Positions 28,759 to 44,194 of a stretch of 64,000 nucleotides of DNA are shown piece after piece. Origin of the DNA: Eledone cirrhosa (taxonomy: Eukaryota); assembly GCA_964016885.1 (NCBI GenBank), contig OZ024758.1:12090001-12154000 (forward strand), in the 5' to 3' direction. Below the pieces are notes generated by a model. That model saw only the letters and a list, made by a program, of their open reading frames with translations, searched no databases and was not told where the DNA came from. Both the position numbers and the translations under genes were made by a program. Each line of letters begins with the position of its first letter. Position 1 is the first letter of the stretch.

Positions 28759-28793
<35 letters not shown>

Positions 28794-29229
28794 AAAATAT
28801 ACATATATATATATAAAAATATACATATATATATATAAAAATATACATATATATATATAAAAATATACATATATATATATAAAAATATACATATATATAT
28901 ATAAAAATATGCATATATATATATAAAAATATACATATATATATATAAAAATATACATATATATATATAAAAATATACATATATATATATAAAAATATAC
29001 ATATATATATATAAAAATATACATATATATATATAAAAATATACATATATATATATATAAAAATATACATATATATATATAAAAATATACATATATATAT
29101 ATAAAAATATACATATATATATATAAAAATATACATATATATATATAAAAATATACATATATATATATAAAAATATATATATATAAACATATACATATAT
29201 AAAAATATATATATATATATAAAATATAC

Positions 29230-29260
<31 letters not shown>

Positions 29261-29423
29261 AAATATACATATATATATATAAAAATATATATATATATAT
29301 ATAAACATATATATATATATATAAACATATATATATATATATAAAAATATATATATATATATAAAAATATATATATATATATAAAAATATATATATATAT
29401 ATAAAAATATATATATATATATA

Positions 29424-29461
<38 letters not shown>

Positions 29462-29502
29462 TATATATATATATATAAAAATGCATATATATATATATAA
29501 AA

Positions 29503-29583
<81 letters not shown>

Positions 29584-29726
29584 TATATATATATAAATAT
29601 ATATATATAAAAATATATATATATATATAAAAATATATATATATATATAAAAAAATATATATATATATATATATAAATATATATAAATATATATATATAA
29701 AAATATATATATATATAAATATATAA

Positions 29727-29758
<32 letters not shown>

Positions 29759-29814
29759 GTAAATATATATATATAAATATATATATATAAATATATATAT
29801 AAATATATAAATAT

Positions 29815-29877
<63 letters not shown>
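28686..29877. repeat. Compound (TA)n / (TA)nAAAATATAC satellite
   Basis: Direct reading. Confidence 0.95.
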
Positions 29878-29878
<1 letters not shown>

Positions 29879-29949
29879 TCAGTCATGGTAGTGACTACCA
29901 TGACTGAATCTTAACCATCTACTAAGTCAGGGTATGTCATGCATTATCT

Positions 29950-30016
29950 TATTTTATCTGATGAGGACGTACTGTTGAAGATAGCACAGTACCTCTGAAA
30001 TATGTATAATAAAATA
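29950..30016 (+). ncRNA. Type I hammerhead ribozyme (element 29877-30160)
   Basis: TATTTTAT CTGATGA GGAC GTACTGT..ACAGTAC CTCT GAA ATATGTAT A ATAAAATA; same stem I as the 13978 family. Confidence 0.75.
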
Positions 30017-30157
30017 TACTTGATCACACGAATGTCTATTTTTGTTAATATTTTGAATTAATATTAATAACTCCGGAAAACCCTCTTGTTGAGTGCTTCC
30101 AATCTATTGTAAAACTCATTCTTTGATTTATTCATTTAACCTTGTTTAACCTTAAAA

Positions 30158-30260
<103 letters not shown>

Positions 30261-30275
30261 GATATAGATATTTAT

Positions 30276-30307
<32 letters not shown>

Positions 30308-30812
30308 TAATATTATTATATATTGTTAATTAAATACAAGTGAATATAGGTGTAGTATACACTATTATATATTATCAACTAAATACAAGTATATATAGGT
30401 ATATTATTATATATTTTGTTTGTGAAAGACTTATATTAGTGTTTGACAGCTGGTCCACTAGGTCAACATTTTTTAGTATCTTTTAACATTTCATATCAAT
30501 CTTTTTAATAAGTCTGGTAGATATTTGACAGATAACTTTTTTATTTTATCAAACAGCTACGTCCAAGTTTCCAGTAAAGGAATGTGACAACCAAATAATG
30601 CAATGATGCTCACAAGATTTCTGTGTGAATGCCTAGATACATTATAAATCCTTCCAATGAATAATACATGTTATTCAACCTCCTAACATTTGCATTTTAC
30701 TACAGACATATTTTCCATTACTTTTCATAGAGAACAGATTTTTTGGAAACGAACTTGTATTCTTTCAATTTATGATAATTCTCTATCGTAATCCTGCAGC
30801 ACACAAATAAGT

Positions 30813-30872
<60 letters not shown>

Positions 30873-31125
30873 TGAGAGAGAGAGGGGAACAGACAGAGAG
30901 ATAGACACACACATATACACACACAGGCACACACACACATATATATACAAATATATATATATACATACATATATATATACATATACATATATATATATAT
31001 ATATATACATATATATATTTAACCATCTTTTGATCTTATATTATACATATATATATAGAGATATACAGTATATATACATATATACTTATACATACATATA
31101 TATACATATATATATATACATATAC

Positions 31126-31180
<55 letters not shown>

Positions 31181-31201
31181 CATATACATATATATATACA
31201 T

Positions 31202-31234
<33 letters not shown>

Positions 31235-31661
31235 TACATATATATATATATCACAATACCATTGGCTATATACACAAAACAAACGCTAAAAGGATTATTC
31301 TCAAGGATGACAAAATGCTGAATGTTATCTCCATGCTCGAAGAGATCATGAATAATGTATTATGTTTTGTCTTGAAGAAAAGAATCAGCTATCACTAAAT
31401 TTTCGGCTATGGCAAATCATAACAGAGGGCGTGTGTGTGACATGGTATTCAAAATACATAGAAATATAACAACAAGATATAAAGATGAAAAGAGTAAGAC
31501 CGATAGATGAAAGGCAAATGGTTGAACCTATACATATGGAGAATAAGAAAGTAAAAGCACCAATAGTTTCCTATTGTTCTTTAGAATAACACAACAATTC
31601 GTTAATATGGTAATCAGCTGTCGAGATGACGTCAATGTGAGGGGAAATTAAACAATAAATA

Positions 31662-31846
31662 ATAATTGTTTCTACTTTAGGCACAAGGCCAGCAATTACC
31701 CAGTGCATTACTGGTACTTTATTTTATCGACTCCGTAAGGATGAAAGGCAAAGTCAACCTCGGCGGGATTTGAACTCAGATCGTAAAGGGACGTAACTAT
31801 GCTGGAAAGCATGGCGTCCGACCCTCTACCGATACTGCCAATCCAC

Positions 31847-31888
<42 letters not shown>

Positions 31889-32003
31889 TGTTTCTACTTT
31901 TGGCACAAGGCCAGCAATTATCCCAGTACATTACTGGTACTTTATTTTATCGACCCCGTAAGGATGAAAGGCAAAGTTAACCTCAGCGGGATTTGAACTC
32001 AGT
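31662..32003 (-). mobile_element. Two Meta-type SINEs separated by (AAT)n
   Basis: 31662-31846 near full length; 31885-32003 truncated. Confidence 0.9.
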
Positions 32004-32018
32004 CCGTAAAGGAACAAA

Positions 32019-32065
<47 letters not shown>

Positions 32066-32279
32066 ACACACACATATATGCATATATATATATACATAAA
32101 TATAAATATACACACACACACATATATATATATGCACTCACTCACTCACACACATATATATATATATATACTTATGTACATATATATATATATGTACACA
32201 TATACATATATATATATATACATATGTGTATGTGTGTACAGCGATTCTTTGCTTAAACTTTAATCTGTTATTTTAATAA

Positions 32280-32310
<31 letters not shown>

Positions 32311-32362
32311 AAAGAAATGAATACAAAGGAGTATATACCGTTAAAACATGTTTATATAACAA

Positions 32363-32406
32363 TGCACCTACGCACGTTTCGCCCAGAACGGGCTTCTCAA
32401 GAGCAA
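32363..32406 (-). ncRNA. Minimal hammerhead ribozyme, U3/A8 variant
   Basis: TGCTC TTGAGAA GCCC GTTCT GGGC GAA ACGTGCGT A GGTGCA; homologue of 3917-3956. Confidence 0.7.
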
Positions 32407-32506
32407 TATATATATATATAAATATATATATATAAATATGTATATATATATATATAAATATGTATATATATATATATAAATATGTATATATATATATATA
32501 AATATG

Positions 32507-32619
<113 letters not shown>

Positions 32620-32825
32620 TTTCTGAAGCTAGCTCACACTTCAAATACATACCACTCTCACCATCATTCAATCATTTATCAAATAAATTTAATATATTTA
32701 TTTTATGTCGAATCTAAGTAAATCAATCACATTTTGCTTGGCTAATCTAATTATATATAGCATATGTTTACACTATTTAATTTAGGAACATATGAAAGTA
32801 CGTTCTGAACATTGTAATGAAATAA

Positions 32826-32929
32826 TAATTGTTTCTTCTTTTGGCACAAGGCCAACAAATTACCCAGTGTATTACTGGTACTTTATTTTATCGACCCCGT
32901 AAGGATGAAAGGCAAAGTTAACCTCGGCG
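32826..32929 (-). mobile_element. 5'-truncated Meta-type SINE with TSD GTAATGAAATA
   Basis: Core plus flanking direct repeat. Confidence 0.85.
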
Positions 32930-33816
32930 TAATGAAATATTAATGTTGTTTGCTTATGTTTCAGTATTTATGTGTAGGATGTTTTTGTGTTGCTGTTTAG
33001 GTTTTGTTTAGGTTTTTGTTGTGTTATTGTTTAAGTTTTTATTGCGTTATTAGTAATGAAGTATAAATTTAGAGGCGAAATAGTGAAGTAATTTGTTCAT
33101 ATCTTTACATAATTGATTTAATGAACTAACTCCCACTCATTAAACAAAGTAGTTTAGATAATAACTGTCTTCGCCAACGAAACATTAATTGTATGTATAA
33201 ATACTAGTAATATGAAGTGTGGGAGTAACATTCCAATTAATTAATATACACACACACATATATACTCATACACAAACACATATATATGTAGATATATTCT
33301 CTCTATCTCGGTTCTTGTTGTTATTACTGTCTGAGAGATAGAAAGAGAGAGAGAGAGAAAGAAATTAATTTTATAGAAAGAATTTTATAGTACTAGAACT
33401 GTTTATATATATATATTGCTAAACCTTGTTTATATATGTTCTGGCTCGTTAATTTATTAACCTGCCATTGAACCACATTGGCATTTGGTTGGACAATACA
33501 TGCGTCCCTTAGCGCCTTGTGCGTGAAGGAACACATATCCTATTATTACTATTCTCCTCTATTGTTGAGAAGCAAATTTGGTCGTTCCGACTGCTGCTAG
33601 TGATAGTTGCGGCCGGTTGACCTACCTCCCTCTGCCTCTATCTTTACTTCGGCCCTTGAAAAAATTGATTCCACTTCATTCACTCTTATCTCGGGAACAG
33701 TTTTGGATAGCGCTAGTTCGTAATTTAAATTCAAGAATTTTATATTCTTCGAATGAAAAGAACCTTCTGACGAGAATCTTTCTTTGCAACGAAGGCCGTA
33801 TGGCCTCCGTTTATTT

Positions 33817-33858
<42 letters not shown>

Positions 33859-33860
33859 AT

Positions 33861-33912
<52 letters not shown>

Positions 33913-35773
33913 ATTGATAGATAGAGATAAGCAGAATATAGCTCAGCATGTAAGCCTCCCAATGTAGAATTTGTACTCTCCTGTTGATAGAAATTAATTT
34001 TCAAATATTCGTTTGCACTATTTTCAAGTACATTTACAAGTTCGTGGAATGAAATATCGCAAACATTTTCAATTTCATTATATTTGATAGAATTTCATCC
34101 ACCCCTTAAGGGCTAAAATGTAATATTGTAATGCTTGAGTCAGAAAACAAAATGGCCATAAATACTTCCACTTTACCATGCCTCCAACTTCAATTTAAAC
34201 GTTAAATCAATTGCTATTTCATTTATATATTCCATGGCATTAATAAGCCAGATCCATTGTTATACATCACAAGAAGTTATTATTAAATTCATACTCAGCA
34301 AACCTCAAATGGAAATTCGTTCCTTCGTTTATATCGAGCAACATGAAATAATTTTATTTTTCTGTCCCGTTGTAAATAGAATCGTAATCTTATAAGATAC
34401 GTATATTGGACATTATCACTTTTACAACTCTCCGTGGATAGGAGATTTTCTGAAAACGTAAATATGTAAATAATTCAATATATAAATTCTTTATGGGTCC
34501 TTGAGGACGACCATAAACGAACACGCTAAAAATTTAACAAAGATTATGGATTTCACGATGCAAAAGGAATCCTGATGAGATAAATGTTGAGATAAATGTT
34601 TTAGGCGACAGTTTAATATCATTATGACCATATGGTAGGATGGAGGAAAGTTCACAGAAGTTCTGTATAGTATTTGCGATCTTTATTGCTCTGCGTTCAA
34701 ATTCCACTGGGATCCACTTTTGAATTCTTTTCTTTACGGGATCAAAAGAAGAATTTGCGGCTAAGTATTGACTATAATTGAATCGAGTACACATATTCCT
34801 CAATTATGTGGCCTCGACATTGTTAGGCATCAATACTCTAAGGACTATATGTGAATATAATCGAATAATTACTAGAGCGCCAGAGATTTGTTGTTTTACT
34901 AATTACTGGAATTTAAAATACGATTCAAATTCTTCTTACATTCTCCCAGAAAGGATATAATAAGCGCCAGACAAATAAGAATGGGTCCAACAAAGATGTG
35001 TGTATGTATGCTACCGAAGCTAAAATTTATTATTATATGTACAATTAGATTATGAGAAGGTAGCAAAATTATTAGTAAGTTGAACAAAATATCTTATATA
35101 TTTTCGGCCTTCTAATTTTATAAGTTCTTTTTCCGAAAGAGGTCAACATTCTGGGTTACCAGTTAAGTAATGAGGCCCTTTTCTCCGCTAACTGACCCCT
35201 TAAATTTCTATGTTAAATAAAGATATATATATTAGTAGTGATTATTGCAATTGTATTTCTATATAATGAAAAAAACTAACTAAACTACACATTCTTTTAT
35301 GAATATTTGGTACATTCTACTAGACTCGATCTCCATCAACCATCCTTCCATTTTCTACTGAAGGATTATATAAGTTCAATATTTGACATTTCACTAATAA
35401 ACTCTACATATAAACTCTACATATAAACTTTTATTAGAATATGTAGAGTTTCCGTTCTGCTGAGAAATACGTAACTTAAAAGGTGCATGTTAGTGTACTT
35501 ATTTACATATATACACAGTTTCGCTTCCGTTTGACTGTCTCTCTTTGTGGACAGAACGGTAATAGTAAAGGAGGAATTACACATGAAACATTTATCAGCA
35601 AATTCTTGTGTTATTCAGTGTACAAAGAGGTTAAATGATTTTACCTTCATTAAATATATTTTATATTTACTAATAAACGTGTGTTATGCATAAATATTCA
35701 TTAACATATACCTTCACATACCTTCACATCACATTCATTTATATATACATGCGTGTGTGTGTGTTTATGTGTT

Positions 35774-35893
<120 letters not shown>

Positions 35894-36349
35894 GCGCATG
35901 GCACTTCATCACTTATATAAGACGAAGATATTTAGATAACGATAAATTGCTAAGAACATGCAGCTGGACCATTTATCTTAACACTACTGTTTAATTCATT
36001 ATAAACAAATTTTCAGAGCCTATTAATTATGATTCGAAGAAATACGTGATAATATTATCCATGGTTTCATTAAACAATTTCTTGTGATAATATATGTATA
36101 TACACATATATACCAATAATCTCCGATACACTGATCAATTAAACACAGCAGAATTGACCCCTCTACATCAGGATATAATTACACTTCTACAATTGGGTTC
36201 TCTATCGTTTACATAACTATGAATTGGTCAAACATACAGAAACAAAAACAGTATTGTAAAGGACTATAAATGCCATAAATAAGAGGAAAAGGGCAGGAAA
36301 GAGCAATGACTATTAGGCAATGGAAGAAAGGGGAAAGAGGAGACAGTGA

Positions 36350-36630
36350 CATACACTACACCTAGATTAAAACGGTGTTTCAGATGCACCCCGACGACAA
36401 AGTGGTAAAGACATTCCCTCCAACAATAACCAACGACAGACGCTGCAACAGCCACCCCAGCTGCTCTGGTTACGATTTTACGGAGAAGATCAGCTGTAAG
36501 AGGCCCGAGGACGCCTGAGGTCTCGACAACGACCTGTGCAAAGAGGAAGCAGCTGGTCAATACCCTGTATATGGATGTCTTCCTGAGATCTGCATTACGA
36601 ATCACGGTACCGGTGTTTGTGTACAAAGCG
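36350..36630 (-). mobile_element. Degenerate CRE/RLE-type LINE 3' fragment
   Basis: F.QVVVETSGVLGP....LL..I motif resembles an RLE C-terminus. Confidence 0.35.
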
Positions 36631-37309
36631 ATTTATTTGACATCTTCCACCATCAGCATGCCTCTATTTCTTCTCAGAAGTTATAATACTTATTGCTTTT
36701 ATTTCTAAATATTCAGTATCTGGTCGACGCCGGTTAGCATCTCTTGTTAGCATTAAAAGCTCCTACGATACACTTGTTCGAAGGTTGAATTCCTGATGAA
36801 GTGTATTGAGGAGCGACGTATTTTGATGTGTTTTTTTTTAATAACAACCTTTTGATATTTCTATTACTCATACTAACTAAGAAGACTCGTTGTTCAAAAT
36901 TACTGTAGCCATTCACAAATTTCTATTTGAAATCTAATGAAGCTACAAGCTACCCAGACAATTAAATCTTTGAAAAATTGAATTATGCAATCATTAGAAA
37001 TTCTTCTTCGTTAGAAATAATCTTCACTCTTTCTTTCTAAAATGTATTCATTTGATGTCAGCATTTTAAAAATAATGTAATAACTAACAGGCAACTACTC
37101 TCAGAAAAACTCACAAATGTATAAACATCAAGCAACAATATAATAGACTCAACATTGCCAAACGTTTAAGAAAATAGATTTGCAATCATAACGTCCAAGG
37201 CTCAATACAGCTGCGTGGCCGGCTACTTGTGTAAATCTCATTTACTATAGCATCTGGTTGAACTAAGCCTTGTGGGGGATATTCAGTAGACTGCAACTGT
37301 TTGGAAGTT

Positions 37310-37846
<537 letters not shown>

Positions 37847-37900
37847 AATTTCCCGTTGGTTGGTTGGTTGGTTCCACAACCGGACGGTTGTTCATGTATT

Positions 37901-37943
37901 GTCAAAGTTCTTTCGTCACACATTCTGTGACCTCTTCAGTGAC
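37901..37943 (-). ncRNA. Minimal hammerhead ribozyme at the centre of palindrome 37843-37995
   Basis: GTCA CTGAAGA G GTCACA GAATG TGTGAC GAA AGAACT T TGAC; second copy at 61233-61275. Confidence 0.75.
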
Positions 37944-38044
37944 AATATATGAACAACCGTCCGGTTGTGGAACCAACCAACCGGAAATTTATAAATCCTT
38001 AAATTTATAAATTTTATTTATATATATATATATGTATATATAGC

Positions 38045-38143
38045 TATCAGGGTCTTTAATTTTTTTCATATTACCCACTCTACTACCCCAAGTCTCGAGT
38101 ACTCTGGTGGGTCATGGTCCACCTAGTATTTTACTACACCCTG

Positions 38144-38148
<5 letters not shown>
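38045..38148 (+). mobile_element. Family F3-related 3' tail
   Basis: TTACCCACTCTACTAC..GAGTACTCTGGT..TGGTCCAC running into (TA)n. Confidence 0.6.
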
Positions 38149-38219
<71 letters not shown>

Positions 38220-39457
38220 ATATGTATATATATATATACATATATATGTAGCAAAGTAAAAAACAAAAACAATAACAAAGAGTGCAGTTACGAACAGTGT
38301 TGGTATTAGGTTCACGCTTATGTGTGTGTGTGTGTGTTTGTGTGAATACATATATATATATTCAATAAAGTATGTCCATAGAATCATTTGATAAAATATA
38401 TACACCATCTCCTCTCCCAAATATATATATAGAGAGAGAGAGGGAGAGAGAGATGGGAGTGTCTGAGTATGTATGTGTTGGTGGGTGTTTGCGTTATTAT
38501 GTCTGATATCTGTATTTAGAAACACAAGAACGTTTCATTAAAGTTGCCATAGAATATAACATGTATCACTTTTTCTCTTTCCTAACATTTTAGTATCAGT
38601 TATATTATGATTGATAACAAAACATATTTTCTATTTTATGGTGAACTGTACTTTAGTGTTGCTTCTCCTTGAATCATATTGGATTTTTTTTGGCATAGAT
38701 TTTCTTGATAAAAACAAAAATAATAACGGATTATCAATGTGAAATACTATTTTCTTTATAAATAATACATATGTTTATACAGAGTATTATTCATAGAGAC
38801 ATGAATATACTCCACTTCATATATATATATATGTATATGTGAGTGTCTGTTTAAAATACTATATATTATGTACAAGAATATATTCCTCTTCACATACATA
38901 TTTATGTAGGGTATAGTGGAAAGTAAAACTTCCAACAAGTCAATTAATGATGTTATTTACAATCTACATGTATAGTGACAGGTTTCACCTGAAAGATACT
39001 ACAGACGACGTTTCATTGTTGTTTTAAAATATAATTCAACGACTTTCACTTTGGTAAATCTCCAATTTTAGAAGGAGGATTATAAAAAGAACTGTCAAAT
39101 TTAATACAAAGTTGATAGCACTTTACAGGTTTTTACGAGTTTACGAAATTACTTCCTACAGTTTGTATTTCTTTTATTTTTTATTACAATACTGCATTGG
39201 TTTGTTGAAAGAAAATAGTGTTTTCTTTTCTTGTGAAGAATTATTACTGCTTGAAATTAATGTTGGATATTAAATTTTTCTCTTGACAGGTGTAAATTTA
39301 ATGAATTGCTATCGTCAGCAGATTTAACTCCGTCGAATGAATTTTTCAAGCAGGTTGACTGATTCTGTGTATAATCATACAATTATTAAATGCAACATTA
39401 GCAGTATCTATACTCTTATTTTACATAGAGCATTATAACACAAATATGCATATATGG

Positions 39458-39488
<31 letters not shown>

Positions 39489-39496
39489 ATATATGG

Positions 39497-39529
<33 letters not shown>

Positions 39530-39537
39530 ATATATAT

Positions 39538-40440
<903 letters not shown>

Positions 40441-40558
40441 AATATATATATATATGGATATATATATATATATATTAAGACATATATGCACACATATATA
40501 TATATATATTCAGACATATATGCACTCTTATATATATATATATATAGACATATATACA

Positions 40559-40610
<52 letters not shown>

Positions 40611-40618
40611 TATATACA

Positions 40619-40667
<49 letters not shown>

Positions 40668-40701
40668 CTACGTGTATCTATATATATATATATATATATA
40701 T

Positions 40702-40890
40702 AACGGAGGAAATGTGGTAAGGAACCAGGTGGACCATAACGCACCAAAGTACTCAATACTTAGGGTAGTAGAGTGGGTAATAGGAACGAGTAGGACTCCG
40801 ACGGCTGAGCTCAAGCCGTTTCGACGGCTAATTCAGTCCAGAATTAGCTGTCGAAACGGCTTAAGCTCAGCCGTCGGGGTCCTACTCGTT

Positions 40891-40893
<3 letters not shown>
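40702..40893 (-). mobile_element. Family F3 palindromic element hinged on HHR stem II
   Basis: GACGGCTAATTC agtcca GAATTAGCTGTC GAA ACGGCT TAAGCTC AGCCGT C GGGGTC. Confidence 0.8.
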
Positions 40894-40938
<45 letters not shown>

Positions 40939-41804
40939 GGGTTTTCCGCACGTGTGTGACAATGTGACAATAATGGAGGGGCATTGCTTACAAATATGTC
41001 ATATTACATTCTCAAATATTTCAAGCGTGACGTCTTGATCCAGGATTTTTCATATTTTTCTTATTAGTTCTTTATGCATGGTTAGAAGCTATAATGTTTC
41101 TAAATCCATAATTCCATTATCGTTCCAATACCATCACATGCACAACTTTCCAATGACAATTATTGTAATGTTGGATGTTTATAGGACGGAAGAATAAATC
41201 ATTAAAGTGCTCAGAAAAGATAATACAGAAAAGATAATATACTTAAACACAAACATTTAGTTACAATATGTTAGGAACTCACCAGAATGTTAAAAGTACT
41301 TATCTCATCAAAACTGAACTAAAATCCTAACACTTACTTTTCATGACCAATACAATCTATAAAGTTATACTCTTGGCCATTTAAATAGTTACATCGATCG
41401 AACACCCTCAGCTGATGGATATCGATACAATTGTCATATGCAATAAAGCTTACTTGTGATGCAACCTCGACTTGCCCCCCCCCCCTGTTCTCTCTATATA
41501 TATATAGAGAGAGAGATAGATATATAGATATATATATATATATATAGATATATACTTCATGCGATGTTTTTACAATATTATTGATGTTAAGCTGTGCGAT
41601 GAAACAGATATTACGATACATTGGGAATGGTAATCTTCCAATAAAAACATCCATGAACCAGTTCAGATCCACTTCGATTTTTGTTAACTCATTACCAAAT
41701 CCATCCATTGGTTTGTTTAGCAATCGGGAAGTCATTTCATTGTTGACCATTTTGAATAACACCTTTTACTACCTTCTCCATGACTCTCTCTCTCTCTCTC
41801 ACCC

Positions 41805-41880
<76 letters not shown>

Positions 41881-42027
41881 CCTATCTATTTTATCTCTCT
41901 CTTCTCTTCGTTTCAATTCTCCTCCAGTTACATCATCAGAAACCGAAGGGCAACTCAACTACTAGCACGTGTATTTGTATAGGCATCACGACGCTCTCAA
42001 TGTTTAACATTATATATATTTGTGCAA

Positions 42028-42138
42028 GGGGCGGTGGACAGGCAGTATCGGTAGAGGCTCGAAAGCCATGCTTTGACGCATAGAGTTACGGCCCTTGCCA
42101 TTCTAAGTTCAAATTCCGCCGAGGTTAACTTTGCCTTT
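42028..42138 (+). mobile_element. Meta-type SINE 5' part
   Basis: A-box and B-box. Confidence 0.8.
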
Positions 42139-42419
42139 AATATACAGTGTATATTATATCTTTCTGTCAACACTGGTAAATTGTATCATTAATAGGATAA
42201 TGTATTACAAAATCATTGCGTATTTGTTCGTCTGTTCACTCTAACGTAACGTCACAAATTACAATGAAGCAACTATAACTAATTTAGTGACTATTGACAG
42301 AAAAAAATAATTATTCGATAAATATTATATGCATAGAATTATTATCGGAAAAGTGGCTTCGATAAAATGACTGATTCATGAAAAGCTATTGAATGAAAAG
42401 CTTCATAACAATTTATATA

Positions 42420-42660
42420 TATAAATGTAATCTGAGTTTTTTGAATATTAATAATAATATTCGATTCGTTTGCAATTATGCAAACAAGCTTCATTTTTAA
42501 AACCATGTCAGTAGAATGAGCCCTTCATTCTTGCTCTTGTGTTGTATGAGGCTTGTTTGCATAATTGCAAACGAATCGAATATTATTATTAATATTTGAA
42601 AAACTAAGATTACATTTATTGTATTCAGCCATGTAGAGCAACATTTTTATTTATTCATAA
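42420..42660. mobile_element. Inverted-repeat element in TA-rich DNA (arms 42420-42494 and 42546-42620)
   Basis: ~75-bp imperfect inverted arms; 3' tail TATTC..GTAGAGCA. Confidence 0.6.
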
Positions 42661-42699
42661 TATATATATATAGTGTGGATATATATATATATAGTGTGT

Positions 42700-42749
<50 letters not shown>

Positions 42750-42779
42750 TGTGGATATATATATATATATAAAAAAAAG

Positions 42780-42996
42780 GAACGATAGACTTTCGTCAAA
42801 TCGGACCGAGGGAACAATGTTTCCGTTGGTCTTTCCAATTGCTAATACTATCTATCGGTCGCAACTTCGGGTAGAAGGAAGGAGCAACGTGAAATAAAGT
42901 GTCTTGCTCAAGGACATAACGCATCGCCTGGTCCAGGAATCGAACTCACAACCGTACGATTGCGAATCGAATTCTCTAACCACTCCGCCACACGCC

Positions 42997-43000
<4 letters not shown>
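42780..43000 (-). mobile_element. tRNA-derived CORE-type SINE
   Basis: TGGCGGAGTGG A-box, GAGTTCGATTCC B-box, GTCCTTGAGCAAGACACTT core; partial copies at 45725-45900 and 51655-51780. Confidence 0.8.
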
Positions 43001-43074
<74 letters not shown>

Positions 43075-43408
43075 GAAGCCAAATGGGACGAAATAGGATA
43101 GTCGTTCCTAATCACCCAGTCGATCGGAGTCCAGGACTTTCCCCAATTGAAAATTGGGGAATTCCTCCTCTCTCTCTCTCTCTTTCATACTTCCATTCTC
43201 TCACTCTCTCCTTCTTTCTCCGGAAGAAATCTGCTGTGTTCAGACCTGGAGAGGATCGGACCCCGCCAGGTGTTTAAATGGTGCTCTAGAAAGGTAGTAT
43301 ATCAATACGGTGCCCCTACGACTCTCACAGGAGTTAAGAGACCCTGCAAGTCATAGATATAAATACTGTTCCCTTTCCCATCCTTAAGGAAATCGTATAG
43401 TTTCATAT

Positions 43409-43500
43409 TTGTGTCTACTTTAGGCACAAGGCCAGCAAATACCCTTTTCATTACTGGTACTTTATTTTATCGACCCCGTAAGGATGAAAGACAAAGTCAA
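43409..43500 (-). mobile_element. Truncated Meta-type SINE, TSD CGTATAGTTTCATATT
   Basis: Core plus direct repeat. Confidence 0.85.
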
Positions 43501-44010
43501 CGCGTATAGTTTCATATTGAAAACTAAATATACCTGTAATGATATCATATTGATTATATTACAACATAAATAACATGACTTCATATAATGTGATAATTTA
43601 GAATGATCGACCGTTTTATAAAGATCTGATTAACGTCTGTAAATCACTTTATATTGTAATTTAATAATGAAGAAATGTTTCCGTTCATTGATATTTCTCT
43701 GCTTCAGTAAATATGAATCTACCATAAAAATATAATATAACCTATAGCCACATTACAGCAGCTTGTCTTTATGGTAGGAAGATATTTTCGTATTATTTCT
43801 ACCTATTCAGCGAATCTTCTGAATAAATTGTGATCTATCTATCTATCTAGCTAGCTAGCTAGCTATCTCTCTCTATATATATATATGTGTGTGTTTGAAA
43901 TAACCGTGACAGTTTGTGCGATACTCTAACGATTCAGCCCTCAATAGTTATAGTAATAATACAATTCATCATTCAATATTATCTAATTTCACTCGTCTTA
44001 CAGTATAAAT

Positions 44011-44194
44011 AACTGTGTCTACTTTAGGCACAAGGCCAGCAATTACCCAGTGCATTACTGGTACTTTATTTTATCGACCCCGTAAGGATGAAAGGCAAAG
44101 TCAACCTCGGCGGGATTTGAACTCAGATCGTAAAGGGACGTAACTATGCTGGAAAGCATGGCGTCCGACCCTCTACTGATACTGCCAATCCACC
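44011..44194 (-). mobile_element. Meta-type SINE, TSD CTTACAGTATAAATAAC
   Basis: Near full length plus 17-bp direct repeat. Confidence 0.9.

Noticed and set aside
41334-41762. Possible host exon(s) on the minus strand (open frame, GTAAGT donor at ~41337)
   Set aside because: No recognisable domain, the frame is interrupted by a microsatellite, and the acceptor is weak; RNA-seq or homology would be needed.
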